DNA of 63,078 nt, filler included, from Deltaproteobacteria bacterium (GTDB lineage: Bacteria > JAUYMQ01): assembly GCA_030698575.1 (NCBI GenBank). It is 12 parts of 12 records of this genome, joined end to end, with 100 filler letters (N's around TTAATTAATTAA, not from the genome) between each part and the next. Parts side by side here need not be neighbours in the genome. Positions count along the whole stretch, not along the records: positions 15,347 to 19,458 come from JAUYMQ010000595.1; positions 19,559 to 22,243 come from JAUYMQ010000600.1; positions 22,344 to 24,886 come from JAUYMQ010000617.1; positions 24,987 to 28,635 come from JAUYMQ010000274.1; 8 more parts are not named here. The stretch is one strand, 5' to 3'. Made by a program: the position numbers and the translations under genes. How positions within the stretch are numbered: the first letter of the stretch is position 1; each line of letters opens with the position of its first letter. Under the pieces are notes generated by a model, which saw only the letters and a program-made list of their open reading frames with translations, did no database searches and was not told where the DNA came from. This document shows, piece by piece, positions 15,558-25,645 of this stretch.

Positions 15558-16019
15558 ATGCGGCTTACATCCCAGGTGCGTTACGCCGTGCTCGCCGTGC
15601 TCGACATGGCATACCACGAGACCGGCGCGCCGCACCAAGCCAAAACCATTTCGAGCCGTCAGGAAATACCGCCGCGCTACCTCGAGCAGATTTTTCAGCG
15701 CCTCGTGCGCGGCGGGATCCTCCGCAGCAAGCGCGGCCCTCGCGGGGGCTACACCCTCTCGCGGCCGCCCGCGCGGGTGACGATCGGCGACATCGTGCGC
15801 GCGACGGAAGGCTCGGTCGAGGCGCTCGTAGGGGGATCCAACGGCGGGCCGCCGCGCGGCGCCGCAGCGGGGCCCGCGCGCGGGAACGAGGAGATCTGGG
15901 GGGTGGTCGTCGCGCGCGTCGCGGACGCGCTCGAATCGCTCACCATCGAGGAACTGGTTCACGTGGCGGAACGGCTCGGCATCGAGCGTGAGGCCGCCGG
16001 AAACATGTACTTCATCTGA
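15558..16019 (+). CDS. Rrf2-family regulator (Cys-free, CymR-like)
   Basis: RYAVLAVLDMA, YLEQIF..L, SKRGPRGGY and TIGDIVRA.EG motifs; no Cys, so no IscR-type Fe-S ligands. Confidence 0.9.
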   Translation: MRLTSQVRYAVLAVLDMAYHETGAPHQAKTISSRQEIPPRYLEQIFQRLVRGGILRSKRGPRGGYTLSRPPARVTIGDIVRATEGSVEALVGGSNGGPPRGAAAGPARGNEEIWGVVVARVADALESLTIEELVHVAERLGIEREAAGNMYFI

Positions 16020-16047
16020 AACAGGGCAGCATGGAGGATCCTGAGGT

Positions 16048-16341
16048 ATGGGGCAGCCATCGATTACGGTCCGCATTCCCCCGCCCTTGCGCAAGCTGAC
16101 GGGCGGGCAGGAGGAGGTCTCGGGAACAGGCGGCACGGTCTCGGCGCTCATCGCCGATCTGGAGAGCCGGCACGCAGGGCTCCGCGACCGCCTGCTCGAC
16201 GAGCAGGGGCGGCTTCGCAAGTTCGTCAACGTGTACGTGAACGATGAAGACGTACGGTTCTTGAAGGATCTCGAGACTGAGCTTCGGGAAGGCATGACCG
16301 TGACCGTGGTGCCGGCGATCGCGGGAGGCTCCGCGACGTGA
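16048..16341 (+). CDS. MoaD/ThiS/CysO ubiquitin-like sulfur carrier
   Basis: VRIP..LR, FVNVYVNDEDVRFL and C-terminal PAIAGG-SAT. Confidence 0.92.
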   Translation: MGQPSITVRIPPPLRKLTGGQEEVSGTGGTVSALIADLESRHAGLRDRLLDEQGRLRKFVNVYVNDEDVRFLKDLETELREGMTVTVVPAIAGGSAT

Positions 16342-16802
16342 AGCTCCCGATCCCCCTGCCCATACTGCGCGCCATGGTGGCCCACGCGCGGGAGTCCTAC
16401 CCCGCCGAGGCCTGCGGCATCATCATCGGCACGACGGAACGCCTCACGCGCCTCACGCGCTGCCGGAACGTGCAGGACGATCTGCACGCGGAGGATCCGG
16501 CGGCCCATCCGCGCACCACGCGCGACGGCTACAGCATTCACCCGCAGGACATGTTCGCGATCATGAAAGAGGCCCGCGAGCGAGGCGAGGCTTTTCGCGT
16601 CATCTACCACAGCCACATCGACGCGGGCGCCTACTTCTCCGACGAGGACAAGCGCGTGGCGATCTGGGAAGGGGAGGCGACCTACCCGGAGGCGGCCCAC
16701 GTTGTGATCTCGGTTGTCGGGGGCGAGCCGAAAGAGGCAAACATCTTCCGCTGGAACCCCGGACGCAGGGAGTTCGACGGGGAGGCCCTGGAGCTTCCGT
16801 GA
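16338..16802 (+). CDS. JAMM/MPN+ (M67) metallopeptidase, Mec-like
   Basis: PAEACG and HSH-x7-S-x2-D (YHSHIDAGAYFSDED). Confidence 0.92.
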   Translation: MKLPIPLPILRAMVAHARESYPAEACGIIIGTTERLTRLTRCRNVQDDLHAEDPAAHPRTTRDGYSIHPQDMFAIMKEARERGEAFRVIYHSHIDAGAYFSDEDKRVAIWEGEATYPEAAHVVISVVGGEPKEANIFRWNPGRREFDGEALELP

Positions 16803-17866
16803 GACTCTCCCGGTCGGGCGCTGCGATCGCGGTGCTACTCCTGGCGATCTCCCCTGGGTCCGGGTGCCGGCCGGAGCGCGACCCGCACGTACTCCGGCTG
16901 GGGTACGCACCGAATCTGACCCACGCGCAGGCCCTGGTGGGTCTCGCCCGGGGCGAGTTCGATCGAGCGCTGCCCGCGCCCTACCGCCTCGAGCCGATGC
17001 CCTTCAACGCCGGGCCGGCCATCATCGAGGCGCTGTTCGCCGGCGAGCTGGACATGGCCTACGTGGGGCCGGTGCCGGCGATCAACGGTTTCGTCCAGTC
17101 GCGGGGGCGGGCTCTGCATATCGTCTCCGGGAGCGCCAGCGGCGGCTCGGGCCTGGCCGTCCGCGAGGGCGCTGGAATCGAGAGCGAGAAGGATCTGGAG
17201 GGGCGCGGGATCGCGGTGCCCCAGTTCGGCGGCACGCAGGATGTGGCGCTTCGCAGCTTCCTGGCCGAGCGGGGGTTCAAGACCTACGAGCACGGCGGCA
17301 GCGTCCGCGTGCTGTCGGTCCCGAACCCCGAGACGATCACGCTGTTCAAGCAGGGGCAGCTCGATGCCGCCATGGTGCCCGAGCCCTGGCTCTCGCGGCT
17401 GATCCTGCAGGCCGGCGCCCGCCTGCTGGTCGATGAACGCTCGCTCTGGCCTGGCGGCCGCTATGCCACGACCGTTATCGTGGCGCGGCAGGGTTTCATG
17501 AAAGATCACCCGGCGGTGGTCCGGGCGCTGCTCGAGGCGCATGTGGGGGTGACGGATTGGATCGGGGCGAACCCCGAGCAGGCCGTCGCGTCAATTCGGG
17601 CGCAGGTCGCGAGTGTTTTCGGCAAGGCGCTCCCCGAGGAGATAGTCAGCGCGGGACTCTCGCGCGTCGAGCCGCTCGTGGACCCGCTCTGGAAGTCCAT
17701 CGAGAAAGACGCGCAGAACGCACGCGCTCTCGGATACCTGAAGCGCCCCCCGGAACTTGCGGGGCTGATCGATCTCGCGATCCTGAACGGTTTGCTGGAC
17801 GGGATGGGCCGGCCGCGGGTGTCGGCCGGGCCGCTCGGGACGGCGGCGGTGGCGGGCGGAGGCTGA
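16799..17866 (+). CDS. ssuA: ABC substrate-binding protein, SsuA/TauA family
   Basis: PNLTHAQALVG, FNAGP..IEAL..G.LD..YVGP.PA, TQDVALR and VPEPW motifs. Confidence 0.75.
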   Translation: MRLSRSGAAIAVLLLAISPGSGCRPERDPHVLRLGYAPNLTHAQALVGLARGEFDRALPAPYRLEPMPFNAGPAIIEALFAGELDMAYVGPVPAINGFVQSRGRALHIVSGSASGGSGLAVREGAGIESEKDLEGRGIAVPQFGGTQDVALRSFLAERGFKTYEHGGSVRVLSVPNPETITLFKQGQLDAAMVPEPWLSRLILQAGARLLVDERSLWPGGRYATTVIVARQGFMKDHPAVVRALLEAHVGVTDWIGANPEQAVASIRAQVASVFGKALPEEIVSAGLSRVEPLVDPLWKSIEKDAQNARALGYLKRPPELAGLIDLAILNGLLDGMGRPRVSAGPLGTAAVAGGG

Positions 17867-17917
17867 GGGGCGAATGGACGGACGGATGGACGGAAGGATG
17901 GACGGAAGGAAGGTCGG

Positions 17918-18757
17918 ATGAAGATCCGGATGAAGGACGTCTCAAAGAGCTTCCGGCAGAACGGAGTCGTGCTGGAGGCCCTCATTGACGTGTCCCTCGA
18001 GGTGCAGCCCGGCGAATTCGTCTGCCTCGTGGGGGCGTCGGGCTGCGGGAAGAGCACGCTCCTCAATCTTGTCGCGGGGCTCGAGATGCCCACCTCCGGC
18101 GACATCGTGGTCGATGGCAGGCCCGTGGAGGGGCCGGGCCTGGATCGCATCATGATCTTCCAGGAGTCGGCGCTCTTCCCCTGGCTCGACGTGGTGCGCA
18201 ATGTCGAGTTCGGCCTGAAGGGGCTCGGCCTCACCGCGAAGGAGCAGCGGGAGCGGGCCACCTACTACCTGAACATGGTGCATCTCTCGAAGTTCCACGA
18301 CAGCTTCGTGCACCAGCTCTCTGGCGGCATGAAGCAGCGAGTGGCCATCGCCCGGGCCCTCTCGATTGAGCCCAAGGTGCTGCTGATGGACGAGCCCTTC
18401 GCCGCGCTCGATGCCCAGACCCGCGACGTGCTCCACCAGGAGCTACAGCAGATCTGGGGCCGGACCAAGAAAACAGTGCTGTTCGTCACACATAACGTGC
18501 GCGAGGCGGCTTGCCTCGCCACGCGGGTCGTCCTGCTCTCGTCCCGGCCCGGACGCGTACTGAAGGAGTTCAGGCTGGACTACTCTTACCCCCGCCATAT
18601 CGAGGATCCGCACATCGCGGAGGCGGCGGGGCAGATCAACAACGACCTCAAGTCCGAGGTCGAGAAGGCCATGCGAGAGGAGATGGGTGTTGAGTGGCGC
18701 CTTGCGAAAGATCGGGTTCTACCTGGTTCTGATTTCGATATGGGCGGCGGCATCTAG
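17918..18757 (+). CDS. ssuB: ABC ATP-binding protein, SsuB/TauB family
   Basis: GASGCGKST, LSGGMKQR, LLMDEPFAALD and FVTH motifs. Confidence 0.8.
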   Translation: MKIRMKDVSKSFRQNGVVLEALIDVSLEVQPGEFVCLVGASGCGKSTLLNLVAGLEMPTSGDIVVDGRPVEGPGLDRIMIFQESALFPWLDVVRNVEFGLKGLGLTAKEQRERATYYLNMVHLSKFHDSFVHQLSGGMKQRVAIARALSIEPKVLLMDEPFAALDAQTRDVLHQELQQIWGRTKKTVLFVTHNVREAACLATRVVLLSSRPGRVLKEFRLDYSYPRHIEDPHIAEAAGQINNDLKSEVEKAMREEMGVEWRLAKDRVLPGSDFDMGGGI

Positions 18758-19445
18758 CGCGGGAATCTGGGAATCCTACGAGTTTCCATCCCCCTGGGCC
18801 GTGCTCGATACGCTCTGGAACGGGCTCACCGACGGATCATTCCTGATCGGAATGAGCGTGAGCCTGAAGCGCATCGCCATCGGCTACGGCCTGTCCGTGA
18901 TCCTGGGCACTCTCCTCGGCATGGTCATCGGCAGCGTGAAGCTCCTCGACGAGACGCTGGGCTCGTTCATCCAGGGGCTCCAGGCGCTCCCCAGCATCTG
19001 CTGGCTGCCGCTGGCGGTGGTGTGGTTCGGGCTGAACGAGGGGGCGATCCTCTTCGTGGTGATCATGGGCGCGGTCCTGGCCGTTGCGATCGCGACGGAC
19101 GCGGGTATCAAGAACGTCTCGCCGATCTACATCCGCGCCGCGCGCAACATGGGGGTTCACGGCGTCAATCTGTATCGCCGCGTGATCCTCCCCGCGGCCT
19201 TCCCGTCGATCGTCACGGGGATGAAGCTCGGGTGGTCCTTCGCCTGGCGCGCGTTGATGGCCGGCGAACTGCTTTTCGTGGGACTCGGTCTCGGACATCT
19301 GCTGATGGTGGGCCGGGATCTGAACGACATGAGCCAGGTGGTCGCGGTCATGCTGATCATCGTGGCCATCGGCATGCTGGCCGACCGGCTCCTTTTCGCG
19401 CGCCTCGAAACGAGAATCCGTGCGCGCTGGGGGCTGGCGGTCTGA
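18687..19445 (+). CDS. ssuC: ABC permease, SsuC/TauC family
   Basis: Six TM segments; LQALPSICWLPLA, RAARNMG and FAWRALMAGE motifs. Confidence 0.8.
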   Translation: MLSGALRKIGFYLVLISIWAAASSAGIWESYEFPSPWAVLDTLWNGLTDGSFLIGMSVSLKRIAIGYGLSVILGTLLGMVIGSVKLLDETLGSFIQGLQALPSICWLPLAVVWFGLNEGAILFVVIMGAVLAVAIATDAGIKNVSPIYIRAARNMGVHGVNLYRRVILPAAFPSIVTGMKLGWSFAWRALMAGELLFVGLGLGHLLMVGRDLNDMSQVVAVMLIIVAIGMLADRLLFARLETRIRARWGLAV

Positions 19446-19628
19446 GGGTCTGTTCAATNNNNNNNNNNNNNNNNNNNNNNNNNNNNNNNNNNNNNNNNNN
19501 NNTTAATTAATTAANNNNNNNNNNNNNNNNNNNNNNNNNNNNNNNNNNNNNNNNNNNNGTCGCCCGCTTGTCTTCCGGCATAGTTGATCACATCTGCCAC
19601 GGCACGGCCGCCTTCGCGACCGGCGTTT

Positions 19629-20252
19629 TCAGTGTCGGCCCGTCTCTCCTGCCGTCACTGTGAGATTCACAACCGGGGCGCTCCCCGGCTCGACCAGCAC
19701 CCGCTTGACAAGCTCCGGGAGCATCGCGCTCCAGGTTTTGGCCAGGTATTTCCCCGGCGGTACACCCGCTATCTCGAAGCTTCCCGAAGGTTTGACCTTG
19801 GCAAAGTAGGGCGAGGGCGAAACGAAGATAAGGCCGTTCATCGATTCATGTATCGAGCAGTAAATCCTGACGACGCCCGGGTGGCGCAGCTTCACTTTCC
19901 GCGAATTTCCACGCGGATACAGGCCGAGGTCGAACTCGTTCCCCTTCGAGAACGAGAACACGTTGTGAATGATCACGTCATTGTTCGGCATCCTGACCGT
20001 CTGGCCGGCCGCCACGAGCAGGAAATCAGGGGTGAAGCGCGCATCTTTCTGCTGGATTACAGGCACTTCCGGAGGGATCGGGTGGCTTCCCTGCCCTTCC
20101 AGGGGGCTGAGATACACGACGAGGGGAGAGACATCGGCGATGCTCGTTTCGCCGAGATCGAGGCTCACCTTGCCCGATACGTTCTCCGCCCCCGCGGCCA
20201 AAGGCAGCAGGAGCGGCGATGTGGCCAGCAGCGCGAGCGAGACCGCTCGCAT
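19629..20252 (-). CDS. Exported cupredoxin-like + carboxypeptidase-regulatory-like domain protein
   Basis: Signal peptide; Q...F.P, HNVFS, FDLGLY and YCSIHESM motifs. Confidence 0.8.
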   Translation of the reverse strand: MRAVSLALLATSPLLLPLAAGAENVSGKVSLDLGETSIADVSPLVVYLSPLEGQGSHPIPPEVPVIQQKDARFTPDFLLVAAGQTVRMPNNDVIIHNVFSFSKGNEFDLGLYPRGNSRKVKLRHPGVVRIYCSIHESMNGLIFVSPSPYFAKVKPSGSFEIAGVPPGKYLAKTWSAMLPELVKRVLVEPGSAPVVNLTVTAGETGRH

Positions 20253-20319
20253 GAACGCACGCCGGCACAGCCGGGAAACGTCTCCTTGTGATCCGGACAA
20301 TGGCAAACTCACGGGCGCC

Positions 20320-21729
20320 TCAGAAGAAGAATCCAAGTTCAAACGCGAAATAGTTCGCGCGTCCCGCCGCGCTGGTCATCGCGGGCGCGACACCCCTGAC
20401 CAGGTCGATATCCTGAATCGTGTACTCCGCCTTGAGCGTCGTCTTCTCGGTCAGGTGCCAGCCGAGCACGAGAGAGTAGGCGTTCAGGCTCTTCATGTTG
20501 TAGCCGAGGGTGCCTGCACGGTTGAGATCCAGCAGGTAGCCTTCGTTGTCGTCGTAGGTTCCGTAGCCGTTGGCGCGAACGCCCAGGTAGAGCGGCGTGA
20601 GCGCGGGCGACGCCAGCCTTCCCTGAAGAATCAGTTCCGCGATCCAGTAGCTGAGATTCCTGTCGTAGATGTCCGGTCCTTCCGAATCGACGCCCACGAT
20701 GCCGTAGGCGAGCCAGAGCCGAACCTTGTCCTCGAAAGAGAGAATGGCGTCCGCGCCGTAGAGCGAAACGTTCTCGAGCTGGAACGGGCCGTCCGGCACC
20801 GCGACGCCGTGATCGAAGTTCGGCACACCGGTCCCGGAACCGAAAGCCCGGGGAAAGGATTCCCCGAGCCAGAGCGACGCGAGGCCGGGTACCGAATTGG
20901 ATCCCAGCTTCCCTGATCGGAGGGCGCTGGCGCTGAGGTGAAGCCACCTGGTCGGATTGGTGAACAGCTTCAGGGTCAGTTGCTTGTTCTCGTCCCGGGA
21001 CGAGTTGAACGGGGTCTCACCGTTCGTCACGGACGCCACATAGCCGAGCTTTCCGTTGTAGCCGGCGCCGTAAACCTTCAGCCCCTCGTCCCACCACCAC
21101 GGCCCTCCCACGGTGTTCGAGATGAAAGGATTGTCACGGTATCCCTGGCCGAATCGAAGGTAGTTCTCCCCGACCGGAATCTGGAATCTCCCGAACTGGA
21201 GGTTCACCCAGTCGGTGTCGAAGACGCCGTGAAAGTCGACATAGAGTTCGCCGACCTGGTTCGAAAGCTCGCCCAGTCTCACCAGGTCCCACTCGAAGAG
21301 AAAGCTTATGTCCCGGATGACCCGCTTCTCCCCGAATGAAATGTCTCTCCCCAGATCACCCTCCACGAACAGCCGCGAATCCCACACCTGGAAAGACCCG
21401 TCGGGGAACCAGCTGTTATCGCCCCCCTCGAAGTAGCCGAGATTGGCGCCTCCCGAAATCCGGAGATCACGGACCCAGCGAGGCACGCCCGTGGAGGATT
21501 CCTGCACGGCGACCTCGAGATCATCCAGTCGCCCCGTCAGGGCGTCGAACCGCTGCAGATCGCCCTCCAACCGCCGGTTCGTCTCCAGATCCTTCAGCCG
21601 GCTCTCGAGCTCCTTCACCCGCTGCGCGAGATCCTCCGTCGCCGGCTCGGCGAGCGCCGGGCGCCACTCGAGGGCCGGGGCCAGGAGCGCCGTCGCAATC
21701 AGGATTAACGGTCCGATCCGATGTTTCAT
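20320..21729 (-). CDS. Outer-membrane beta-barrel (porin-like) with N-terminal coiled coil
   Basis: Signal peptide, coiled coil, GRFQIPVG, amphipathic strands, C-terminal ELGFFF. Confidence 0.75.
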   Translation of the reverse strand: MKHRIGPLILIATALLAPALEWRPALAEPATEDLAQRVKELESRLKDLETNRRLEGDLQRFDALTGRLDDLEVAVQESSTGVPRWVRDLRISGGANLGYFEGGDNSWFPDGSFQVWDSRLFVEGDLGRDISFGEKRVIRDISFLFEWDLVRLGELSNQVGELYVDFHGVFDTDWVNLQFGRFQIPVGENYLRFGQGYRDNPFISNTVGGPWWWDEGLKVYGAGYNGKLGYVASVTNGETPFNSSRDENKQLTLKLFTNPTRWLHLSASALRSGKLGSNSVPGLASLWLGESFPRAFGSGTGVPNFDHGVAVPDGPFQLENVSLYGADAILSFEDKVRLWLAYGIVGVDSEGPDIYDRNLSYWIAELILQGRLASPALTPLYLGVRANGYGTYDDNEGYLLDLNRAGTLGYNMKSLNAYSLVLGWHLTEKTTLKAEYTIQDIDLVRGVAPAMTSAAGRANYFAFELGFFF

Positions 21730-21742
21730 GCACCCATCCGGG

Positions 21743-22243
21743 CTACAAGCTTGCCGGCTCGTCGACGGCCAGTTCGAGGTTCACCTCAATGACTTTGCTC
21801 CCGGGTGCTTCCACCTCCCTGAGGGACGGCGGAAATCGGGGGTGCCAGGCGCGGAGCTTCTTTACGCCGGGGTTGACGCCTTCGATCTGCCACCGCCCAT
21901 CCGACCCGACAACCGTAAAGGGCCCCGGCGCGACAAAGAACGTTGCGCTCACGGCTGGAGCGTCGAGCATGAAGACCCTGTGGCTGCCTTGCTCGACCGT
22001 GTCGATCGAAGCTTCGTCCCCGGGCGATACGCGCTTCAGGAAATTGAGTTCCGGGCAGGAAACGATATGCGGCTCGCTGGTCTCGTTTCTGACAATGACC
22101 TTGCCGCCGAGGCCCACGGCACCGTTCATCGGCTCCATGCGCGGACCCAAGCGAGAGGCATCAAGATTGATCCGGAGCGTTCCGGCCGGCGGCGGTTCGC
22201 CCTCGAGGTAGACGACCGCAAATCCGGGGCGCGTATAGTCGAC
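21743..22243 (-). CDS. Paralogous carboxypeptidase-regulatory-like protein (5' truncated)
   Basis: Frame open to contig end (VDYTRPGFAVVYLEG...); DGRWQIEGV.PG...AWHPR. Confidence 0.7.
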   Translation of the reverse strand, partial: VDYTRPGFAVVYLEGEPPPAGTLRINLDASRLGPRMEPMNGAVGLGGKVIVRNETSEPHIVSCPELNFLKRVSPGDEASIDTVEQGSHRVFMLDAPAVSATFFVAPGPFTVVGSDGRWQIEGVNPGVKKLRAWHPRFPPSLREVEAPGSKVIEVNLELAVDEPASL

Positions 22244-22343
22244 NNNNNNNNNNNNNNNNNNNNNNNNNNNNNNNNNNNNNNNNNNNNTTAATTAATTAAN
22301 NNNNNNNNNNNNNNNNNNNNNNNNNNNNNNNNNNNNNNNNNNN

Positions 22344-22917
22344 CGCCCGTGCGCGCGAGCTGAAGCGCCGCGTCGAAGGCCGAGCGCATCTCCGGCTGGA
22401 ACTCGAGGTGGAAGACCGACTTGCTGATGATGGGCTTCTCGCACTCGGGGAGCGGGGCTGCGTCCTCTTCAGGTCCAACGGCGCCGCCCTCGGCGGCGTT
22501 GGCCGGAGCGCCGGCGCCGGCCGGGCTTGCCGGGGATCCACCGAGCGTGTGCCGGAAGAGTGCGTCCAGGCCCGACCCCTCTCCCGTTTCGTCGACATAC
22601 GCCCCATCCGCTCCTCCGGCAACGACCTCGCCTTCGGCCTCGGCGCGCGCTTTCCGGGAGGCCTCGGCGACGGCTTCGCTCCCGGGCGTCGACCCCGGCG
22701 GTTTCTCCTCCGGCCGGTCGCCCTTCTTTGCGGTGATCGCCCGCCCGTTCGCCGCGTCAAGCGGCGGGGCGGACGCAGCGCCTTCGGTGGTCCGGGCGAT
22801 GGAGGGCGTCGAGGGAGGCGGCACGGGGGAACTTTCACGGCCAAGGACGTAGAAGGCCAGGAACGCGACAAGACCCGCGAGTACCAACAGAAGGGGACCC
22901 CTGTCCGGGGTGCTCAT
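22344..22917 (-). CDS. Hypothetical membrane-anchored protein (3' truncated)
   Basis: N-terminal TM helix followed by a low-complexity linker. Confidence 0.55.
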
Positions 22918-22975
22918 CGGGGGGCGCTCCGTTCACCTGCGGCTGCCCAGGGGAAGGCAGGAGATGGGGACGTCT

Positions 22976-24157
22976 CTATTCGAAATCGGGCGGGACGGCG
23001 TCATCCGAGCGGTTTCCCCGCCCGGCGTTGTCGGTGCCGACGCGAGCGAACCCGGGCCCGCCGTCGTCGCGCGCTGTGTTTCGCTCCAGGAAAACGCCAT
23101 CCCGCGCCAGGAAGCCGCCGCCGCCGTTTTCTCTCGAAATGTTTCGCTCCGCAAAGGTGCCCGCCAGATCGTAACCCAGCCCATCGCAATTCGAGACGTT
23201 GTTCGCCTGAAGCCACATCCCGAGCGGGGTGGGCCCGATCCGGATGCCGGTAGCGGGACAATCGGAGATGACGTTCCGGGACAGCCATCCGCTCGCGCCG
23301 ACGTTGATCCCCATGCCGTAGAGACTCGCGCGTGTGACCTCGAGGTACCGTCCGCTGCCGGTGATGCCCATTGCCCCCGGCTGCGGCGTGGTGCCGCGGG
23401 CGCCGAAGGTCGAGCGAGTGACTGCGACGTTGTCGAGTCCGGCGCCGGCACCATGGGTGATGCCCACGGCTTGCTCCGGCCCTGAATAGAGGTTGATGAA
23501 CCAGGCGTTGATGCCGCGCCCGCCCGAGACGCCCTCGAACTGGATTCCCGCGTCGCCGTTCCGGTCGGTATGGACATTGTCGAAATAGAAGCCGTTTCCG
23601 TTCAGGCAGAATCCGCCGCCGGGATTGTCGGTGAAAATCGAATCCTCCACGTAGGTGGCCAGGGTGGAAAGAGTTGTGCGGAGCCCGCAGTCCGCGAATC
23701 CCGAGGCCACCACCCCTATTAATCGAACGTCCCCCGAGTGATCGACGAAGAAACCCGTGCCCGCCGGGTTGCCCATGAGCTCGATGTTCTTGATGTAGAT
23801 GTGCCGGCTCAGAGAGATGCTGAAGGCCGGCTGCGAGGCGGGGCAGGCACCGGTGCCGTCGATGACGACCTTGGTCTTACCCTTGCTTCCCCTGAACTCG
23901 ACGTCGAAGCGTCCGACGACGTCGATGCACTCGTTGTAGGGATTCCCGTTCGAGCTGATCGAAATGACGTCGAATCGCCTCGCCGCGGCAACCGCCTGCC
24001 CGATGGTCTGGAAGGCCCGCGGGTCGGTGGGGTCGACCTTCAGAACGAGGCCGTTTCGCGGAGGGGGCGGCACGATCTGCGCCATGCTGCAGAGCGCGGC
24101 AACAAATATGATCGCAACCGAGAGGAGGCGGCCTGCTGGCCGCGTGGCAGAGTTCAT
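22976..24157 (-). CDS. Exported right-handed parallel beta-helix (pectin-lyase fold) protein
   Basis: Signal peptide; FQTIGQAVAAA...D.I....Y.E motif; repeated N..GG/N..GF units. Confidence 0.75.
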   Translation of the reverse strand: MNSATRPAGRLLSVAIIFVAALCSMAQIVPPPPRNGLVLKVDPTDPRAFQTIGQAVAAARRFDVISISSNGNPYNECIDVVGRFDVEFRGSKGKTKVVIDGTGACPASQPAFSISLSRHIYIKNIELMGNPAGTGFFVDHSGDVRLIGVVASGFADCGLRTTLSTLATYVEDSIFTDNPGGGFCLNGNGFYFDNVHTDRNGDAGIQFEGVSGGRGINAWFINLYSGPEQAVGITHGAGAGLDNVAVTRSTFGARGTTPQPGAMGITGSGRYLEVTRASLYGMGINVGASGWLSRNVISDCPATGIRIGPTPLGMWLQANNVSNCDGLGYDLAGTFAERNISRENGGGGFLARDGVFLERNTARDDGGPGFARVGTDNAGRGNRSDDAVPPDFE

Positions 24158-24886
24158 TGGAGATCCAGGGGCAACGCGATATCGTCGAGACTGACGTTCT
24201 CAATGCCGATGTTATCCGCCGGATTGGTCGCGTTCCGCCGCTCGGAGAGGACGGAGTCGACGATGAATCCGGCCGAGTTACCGCTGGCGAAGTTCCGGAC
24301 GAAGGCGTTGCGGCTGGAGTTCACCAGAAAACCGGGGTCGTTCCCCAGAGCGATGTTCTGCTCCAGCACCCATCCGTCGAAGCTCAGCTCGACGAGAAAT
24401 CCCTCATCCTTGCAATTCTGCGCCACGTTCGAACCCACATAGCCGCCGCCGGGGGAGGTCAGCGGCGTCTGGAGGTTCTGTGTGAGGGCGTAGCAGGTCC
24501 CGTCGCAGCTCGTGACCATGTTCTCGACGATCGTGAACATGCCGGAGGCCCTCACGACGACGCCGGCAATGCCGGGCGGTCGTGGGGGCAGAGGAAATTT
24601 TGGCTGGGTGGACCGCGAGACACAGTCGATGGTGTTGTCCCTCACCGAGGCGCTCTTGCAACTGTCGCGCAGGATCACGCCCGAGCCGCGGTTCCCAACG
24701 AAGGTTCCTGCCTGCACGAGCAGGTTCGAGCCGCCCGTGCAAGAGACCCCGTCCGACTCGCTGTCCTCAACTGCCGCGCGAACGATGCGCGTGTTGTCTC
24801 CCGCGCTCCGGATGCCGGTCCCGCAGAAGCGCGCCTTGGTGCGGTCGACAAATGCCGCGTTCCCCCCGGAGATGTCGACGCCGATG
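24154..24886 (-). CDS. Right-handed beta-helix protein (5' truncated)
   Basis: NxA.GN..GF repeats; ATGA overlap with the downstream paralog. Confidence 0.65.
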
Positions 24887-24986
24887 NNNNNNNNNNNNNN
24901 NNNNNNNNNNNNNNNNNNNNNNNNNNNNNNTTAATTAATTAANNNNNNNNNNNNNNNNNNNNNNNNNNNNNNNNNNNNNNNNNNNN

Positions 24987-25585
24987 CCGAAGATGAGCTG
25001 GGAGGTGCGGGAGGCCTGGACCCGCGTGCCGTTCAGCCAGGTCTCGATGGCCAGATCCGACGGATCGACCGCGGCCGCGATGGCCGGACCCACGCAAGCG
25101 AAGGTATCGAAACCCTTCGCCCGCGACCACTGGCCGTCTTTGGCCTGCAGGTCCCGCGCCGTGACGTCGTTCAGGCACGTGTAGCCGAAGATGTGCCTGC
25201 GCGCATCCTCCGGCGAAACGCGGCTGGCCCGCCGCCCGATCACGATGGCCAGTTCTCCCTCGTAATCGATCCTTGCCGAAGCCTGCGGTAGGAGGATTTC
25301 CGCCTCAGGCCCGACGATGGCCGAGGGAGGCTTCAGGAAGAGAAGCGGCTCGGAGGGAAGATCGGCGCCCATCTCGGCGGCGTGGTCGCGGTAGTTGAGG
25401 CCGATGGCGACGATCTTGGTGGGGCAGGCGGGCGCGAGCAGCGTCACGTGGTCGAGGTGCGATTCATCGCCTGTCGGCTGGCGCCCCTCCCAGGGGGGTG
25501 CCGGTCCGAGGCAGTGTACCCGGTTGTCGCGCACTTCACCCCAGACCGCTTGGTCCCGGGCAACCTGGTAGCGAACGAAGTGCAT
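24987..25585 (-). CDS. Fumarylacetoacetate hydrolase family protein (3' truncated)
   Basis: KIVAIGLNY.DHA.E, DYEGEL, NDVTARDLQ and AKGFDTF motifs. Confidence 0.93.
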
Positions 25586-25645
25586 GGGAAAGGAACCTCG
25601 CGGCCTCGTGCTCCGGCGAAAACGGACTACTCAGGCCCGGCCGCC

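Noticed and set aside
17874-17917. GGAN tetramer run between ssuA and ssuB
   Set aside because: Short, degenerate low-complexity spacer with no unique spacers or clear function.
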